In this document: piece after piece, positions 28,250 through 64,000 of the stretch
Numbering within the stretch: position 1 is the stretch's first letter
How the letters are laid out: every line of letters begins with the position of its first letter
From: Tubulanus polymorphus
Lineage: Eukaryota > Animalia > Nemertea
Direction of reading: 5' to 3'
Assembly (NCBI RefSeq): GCF_964204645.1
Contig: NC_134028.1
Span: 1,054,001 to 1,118,000, forward strand
DNA length: 64,000 nucleotides
Made by a program: the position numbers and the translations under genes
Notes under the pieces: generated by a model
Told to the model about the DNA's origin: nothing
What the model saw: only the letters and a program-made list of their open reading frames with translations
The model's database searches: none

Positions 28250-28700
28250 CTGGTTTACTTCACCAGAATGTCTTTAAAAGAAAAGTCACCTTTCTACCTA
28301 AAAGCTTATCATTGATTCCAAACAAATTATTTTCAAATGATGAAAAAATGAGGCTTTTAATCTTCTTCGTGTTAGCAGCGTCAAAATCAAATAAATCTTC
28401 ATTGAAATATGATTTTTGTATGGATAAGATAAGGTGCCTACCTTTTTCTCTTCTATTCCGGCAGTTATTCCTAATTACGATTATCCACGCGCTTCATATT
28501 ATCCGGTATTTCCTTGTTTTTATAATTCCTGTAATGAATCCATTGACACTCGCAGATTAAACACAAAATATAAAAATTTCTACACGTAAAACTGACATCT
28601 CATTTTTGTTTACCAACAGGTGCTGCCATCTAACAGGCGCTGTCTAATGGATATCGTCTGGTACACGGACTCGGGCCCGGCTCCGGCCGGAGCCGCTGCA
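28250..28700 (-). promoter_or_regulatory. Probable PTPN13 non-coding first exon and promoter
   Basis: Minus-strand donor-like CCAG|gtagat at ~28250 and an acceptor before the ATG exon at ~25828. A GC-rich patch lies at 28660-28700. Inferred. Confidence 0.35.
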
Positions 28701-29764
28701 TTCATCTAATGCTGCCCTTACATACAACGATAGCGGGAAATATCTTCGGATTATTTAGATATCAATCCGGCTGTGATGATCGAGATGGCCCTCTGAATCA
28801 ATGCCATGGGTTCGAACCCGCCACACGTTTGTAGAAATTCTTCCATATTCCGATAGATGGCGCTTGTGAAATGCGGTACATTACAAATATTTTACTTTAC
28901 AACGGTTAATTCTATTTGATAGTTTATCGAAATTCCAATAGGTGGCGATAATAGTTATATTATAATTGTATCGTACAGTCCTATTTCACCATTCCCAGTA
29001 TAAGTGGTATCTACGTTCGAACCTAGAACGCCTTACATGTCTTTCACTTTGTTGTCTGCATCAGTACCACTCTGAATCAGTGTCAGTAATTACTGAGTTT
29101 GAACCCCGGACACCCCTGTACATCCTCTAATTCAACATCAGGATCACTTCAAGTTCAATCATAAGGTCATCTGATTTTTAAAATGATTTTAAACCATTTT
29201 TAATAGAACTGGCTCAGCGGATGTACTAACATCCGGCAAGGCGGCAGACTCACATGCCACAGAAAGAATTTATAGCAAATTGAATTTTATTCCTGAAGAT
29301 TTTTAGACAAACATATTACTCAAGATCCTACTAACATAATCAATTGTGTTTCCCTTGGATCTCACATCAGATTTACAAGAGACCATATCCTCATGGGTTA
29401 GCGACATTTCCGTCAAAATTACAAACACCAAACAAATTAAATTAATCAACATTTATTTACCAAAACCAATGCACACCACCAATAACCATTCCTCGAGTAG
29501 AAACAATTTCTTCATCATTTTGTCAGTTTAACAGAAAAACAAACATATAGCACCATAGTTCCATTAGACATTCTTATCATACAGTGTATGACCGATTAAA
29601 AGACCATTTAAAATATCCACATCCTTAATCATACATTAGGCCTATTTCAATACATCGACAAAGTGTAAACTTTAGAATTAGCGACAAAACTCGTAGATTT
29701 GAGTTTGAATAATTATATAAGTTATAATTACTGAAGCCAGTGCTGATTTATGTAAGCCGGATTC

Positions 29765-29948
29765 ATGTACATGTACACTGAACAGGTCACAGGCAGTACA
29801 TGTACACTGAACAGGTCACAGGCATGTACATGTACACTGAACAGGTCACAGGCAGTACATGTACACTGAACAGGTCACAGGCATGTACATGTACACTGAA
29901 CAGGTCACAGGCAGTACATGTACACTGAACAGGTCACAGGCATGTACT
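29765..29948. repeat. Alternating 29/30-bp tandem repeat (59-bp dimer x3) in the UBE4A 3' UTR region
   Basis: tacatgtacactgaacaggtcacaggca(t)g x6, with the extra t in alternate copies. Confidence 0.9.
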
Positions 29949-30060
29949 CATTATCATTAATCAATCTTACGCATCTGAAGAATCGATCTTAGGCCTTTTA
30001 TCACCATATTGAAGTTTATGTTACAAATAACTATCAGACAATGTTATTCTAATAGAGAAA

Positions 30061-61655
<31,595 letters not shown>

Positions 61656-62518
61656 AGTGAACAGATCTGAAATAAATTAACAGCAGTTCGTTATAAAAAA
61701 GACTGACTGATGAGAAGATAGGGGTCCCTAGTCGGGAGGAGAGAGAAGGGTTGAAATTGAATTTACACGGACACACGTGCACCATTAACATCTACCCCGT
61801 GTAGTTTACACTAAGTGATGTGTTAGTTATCAGTAACTGAATGACTTTTCTGCAACATACACTAACAACATGATATCACATTGACACTGACTAATTAGGA
61901 GTAGCATAGACTATATAGATTAGATTAGTAGGTCGTCGTCAGACGTCAGTCAGCAGACAGCAGGACCGATTCGCAAAAATTAAGTTGTTTTATGTTAAAT
62001 ATTGCAGTCTCTATGGCTATAAGGGCTTCAAAAATCATAATTATTGATGTAAACGTACATTATCTATCTTCCAGGCTTCAAATGAATTCCGTCGAACGCA
62101 GAATTTACTAGAAATTTCTTTATTCTACGCGTCAAAATAGAAATTTTCTAGACGTTGACCACCATTTTGAATGTACTATGTACTGACACGAACATAACGA
62201 AAATCAAAGTCATTGACTGGTTGCCGGTTGAATTCTGCGCCACCACCCAAACAGTCGCGGTCAGTGCCCACGGCTTGCATCTAGTCTAGGATGGCTCCTA
62301 TCCCACCAAGGGTTCCTAGACGGCCATTCCGAGTGCTCGAACCACAGAATATAAAACGAAAACTCAATTTCCATTGGTCCCAGTTTATTATAAAACACTT
62401 TGAAAACACTTACATATCATCACTAAACCAGAGTAATGAATAAAAATATATACTGAATATTTTACAAATACACAAGAGAGGAACATTTATATATTATTAT
62501 GTCTGAAGCGGGTAAAGC

Positions 62519-62659
62519 CACAGGGACTCGTATCAGAGTTGTAGGTAATGTAAAAACGATAATCTGTTAATCCAATGTATAGTATATATAAAATAACTAT
62601 ATACTATACATTGGATTAACAGATTATCGTTTTTACATTACCTACAACGAGTCCCTGTG
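62519..62659. mobile_element. 141-bp foldback MITE with 8-bp TSD (P-element- or hAT-type)
   Basis: GGTAAAGC|CACAGGGACTCG ... CGAGTCCCTGTG|GGTAAAGC. The internal arms ttgtaggtaatgtaaaaacgataatctgttaatccaatgtatagtatat are perfectly inverted. Confidence 0.88.
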
Positions 62660-63383
62660 GGTAAAGCACAAAAATGCCTGAATTCTAAGAGATTTCAAAG
62701 TCTGGGCACGAAATCTTATTTAACAGAGGTTTAGCCTAGCTGGTGCCAGAAAACACTGGGAGGAATGAACGCTTTTTGCTGCTTCAACTTATGAATTACC
62801 ATCAAATGTATGAAACAAATGGATTGACATAGAACAACAGTTCCTATTTACATACATTGAATAATCAGCAGTTTTGTAATGCAAAGTTATACATATAGAA
62901 AAAAACTACGTTTATCACAGAGCATCACAATATTCATTACATCAGGGATCCATTCACAACGTACAAAGATTCACCACTTTCCCTATATACACCTTGTTAA
63001 ATTTCGCTTACATAATTCATTAATGGCCTCTGATCAATATTCTTAGCACAGCGTGAAAAATCTGCTGGATTGTCACCAGCAGAAAGAGATAAGTCACTAT
63101 TTCACATGTATTTCTTGAGGAATCTTCTTTTTTAAAATCCAAAATTATGAAATTAAAATTTAGGCAGGTCTCAATTGAATATATTCCAGTTGATCAAGTA
63201 CGGATTACAAACTCTCTATCGGCTGCTACTATCAGGTTTACAGATTACTCTATTCTGGAATAGATAGAGCGTATTCTAGTCAAAACAAGTACACCATCAG
63301 GAGAATTGCGAAACCCGGTAGAGACCAACCTGAACATCATCAGGAACAGTAAACAATGGATGGATGAAGATGAGATAAAACTA

Positions 63384-64000
63384 TCAATGTTGAATCGGTT
63401 CATGTTTTGCAGCGTCACCTACGTTATTATTATTAATGTCTTTATTCGATAAATCGACAGGTTTTAAACCGTGTATTTTACCCGCACCATCCTCCGCAGC
63501 TGCACCTGCTATATTCGGTGCAGCGATATTGTTTTTATTCGTATCACCAATTTTGTTGATGTCGTTATTTAAGATTTTCTGAGCTTCGTTGATGATTTTT
63601 TCTTGCGCTTGCATTTTCTCAACGAGTTTCTGATTTTCTTGTATATTTTTCTGAATAGCGACTTTCGTAACTTGTTGCTGTTTGTCGCCGTGGGCTGCGA
63701 CGTCCTGTTTGATGACTTCCTCTGCAATATTCTTCTTAACGGGGTTCTCAACAACCTGCTGAACTACTGGGTTAGCCGGTTTGACCACTCCTCCAAGATT
63801 GACCCCTCCTGCCTGATTGACCGCTGCTGCAGGATTGACCGCTCCTGCTGGATTGACCACTGCTTCCTCGTTGACCGCTCCTGCCTGATTGACCACTCCT
63901 GCAGGATTGACCGCTGCTGCAGGATTGACTGCTCCAGCAGGATTGACCACTCCTCTAGGATTGACTGCTCCAGCAGGATTGACCCCTCCTGCAGGGTTGA
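63384..64000 (-). CDS. 3'-terminal coding part of an upstream gene: VNPAGA hexapeptide repeats, a coiled-coil-like Q/K/E segment, stop at 63386-63384
   Basis: The ORF extends to the window edge. The non-repetitive part (QQQVTKVAIQKNIQENQKLVEKMQAQEKIINEAQKILN) looks protein-like. About 1 kb of AT-rich 3' UTR-like DNA follows, with a minus-strand AATAAA at ~62384-62389. Identity not established. Confidence 0.6.
   Translation of the reverse strand, partial: NPAGGVNPAGAVNPRGVVNPAGAVNPAAAVNPAGVVNQAGAVNEEAVVNPAGAVNPAAAVNQAGGVNLGGVVKPANPVVQQVVENPVKKNIAEEVIKQDVAAHGDKQQQVTKVAIQKNIQENQKLVEKMQAQEKIINEAQKILNNDINKIGDTNKNNIAAPNIAGAAAEDGAGKIHGLKPVDLSNKDINNNNVGDAAKHEPIQH

Overview
This is AT-rich genomic DNA from an animal, probably an invertebrate, with GT-AG spliced genes. 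It is not prokaryotic and has no CRISPR array or rRNA. Three conserved multi-exon genes lie in tandem on the minus strand: adenosine kinase (ADK, CDS ~1183-4972), a full KIND-FERM-5xPDZ-PTP phosphatase (PTPN13, ~7941-25819) and the U-box E4 ligase UBE4A (~30061-61655). The main structural surprise is that the four N-terminal coding exons of UBE4A (60836-61655) are separated from the rest of the gene by one ~25.2 kb intron (35613-60835), while its other introns are all under ~0.6 kb. This intron hosts an antisense nested gene with a single coding exon. It encodes an uncharacterised 1077-aa multi-pass membrane protein (56134-59367) with a signal peptide and a terminal class I PDZ-binding motif (ETMV). 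The intron also holds most of the window's large tandem repeats. Partial genes at both edges are an MGNCIS-starting ORF running off position 1 and a hexapeptide-repeat C-terminal exon at 63384-64000. Introns carry many palindromic MITEs, two tRNA-derived SINE-like heads (one fused to TTAGGG repeats), minisatellites and CTCF-like motifs. Exon coordinates were read by eye and may be off by a few bases. Protein assignments rest on recalled family motifs, not on database searches.
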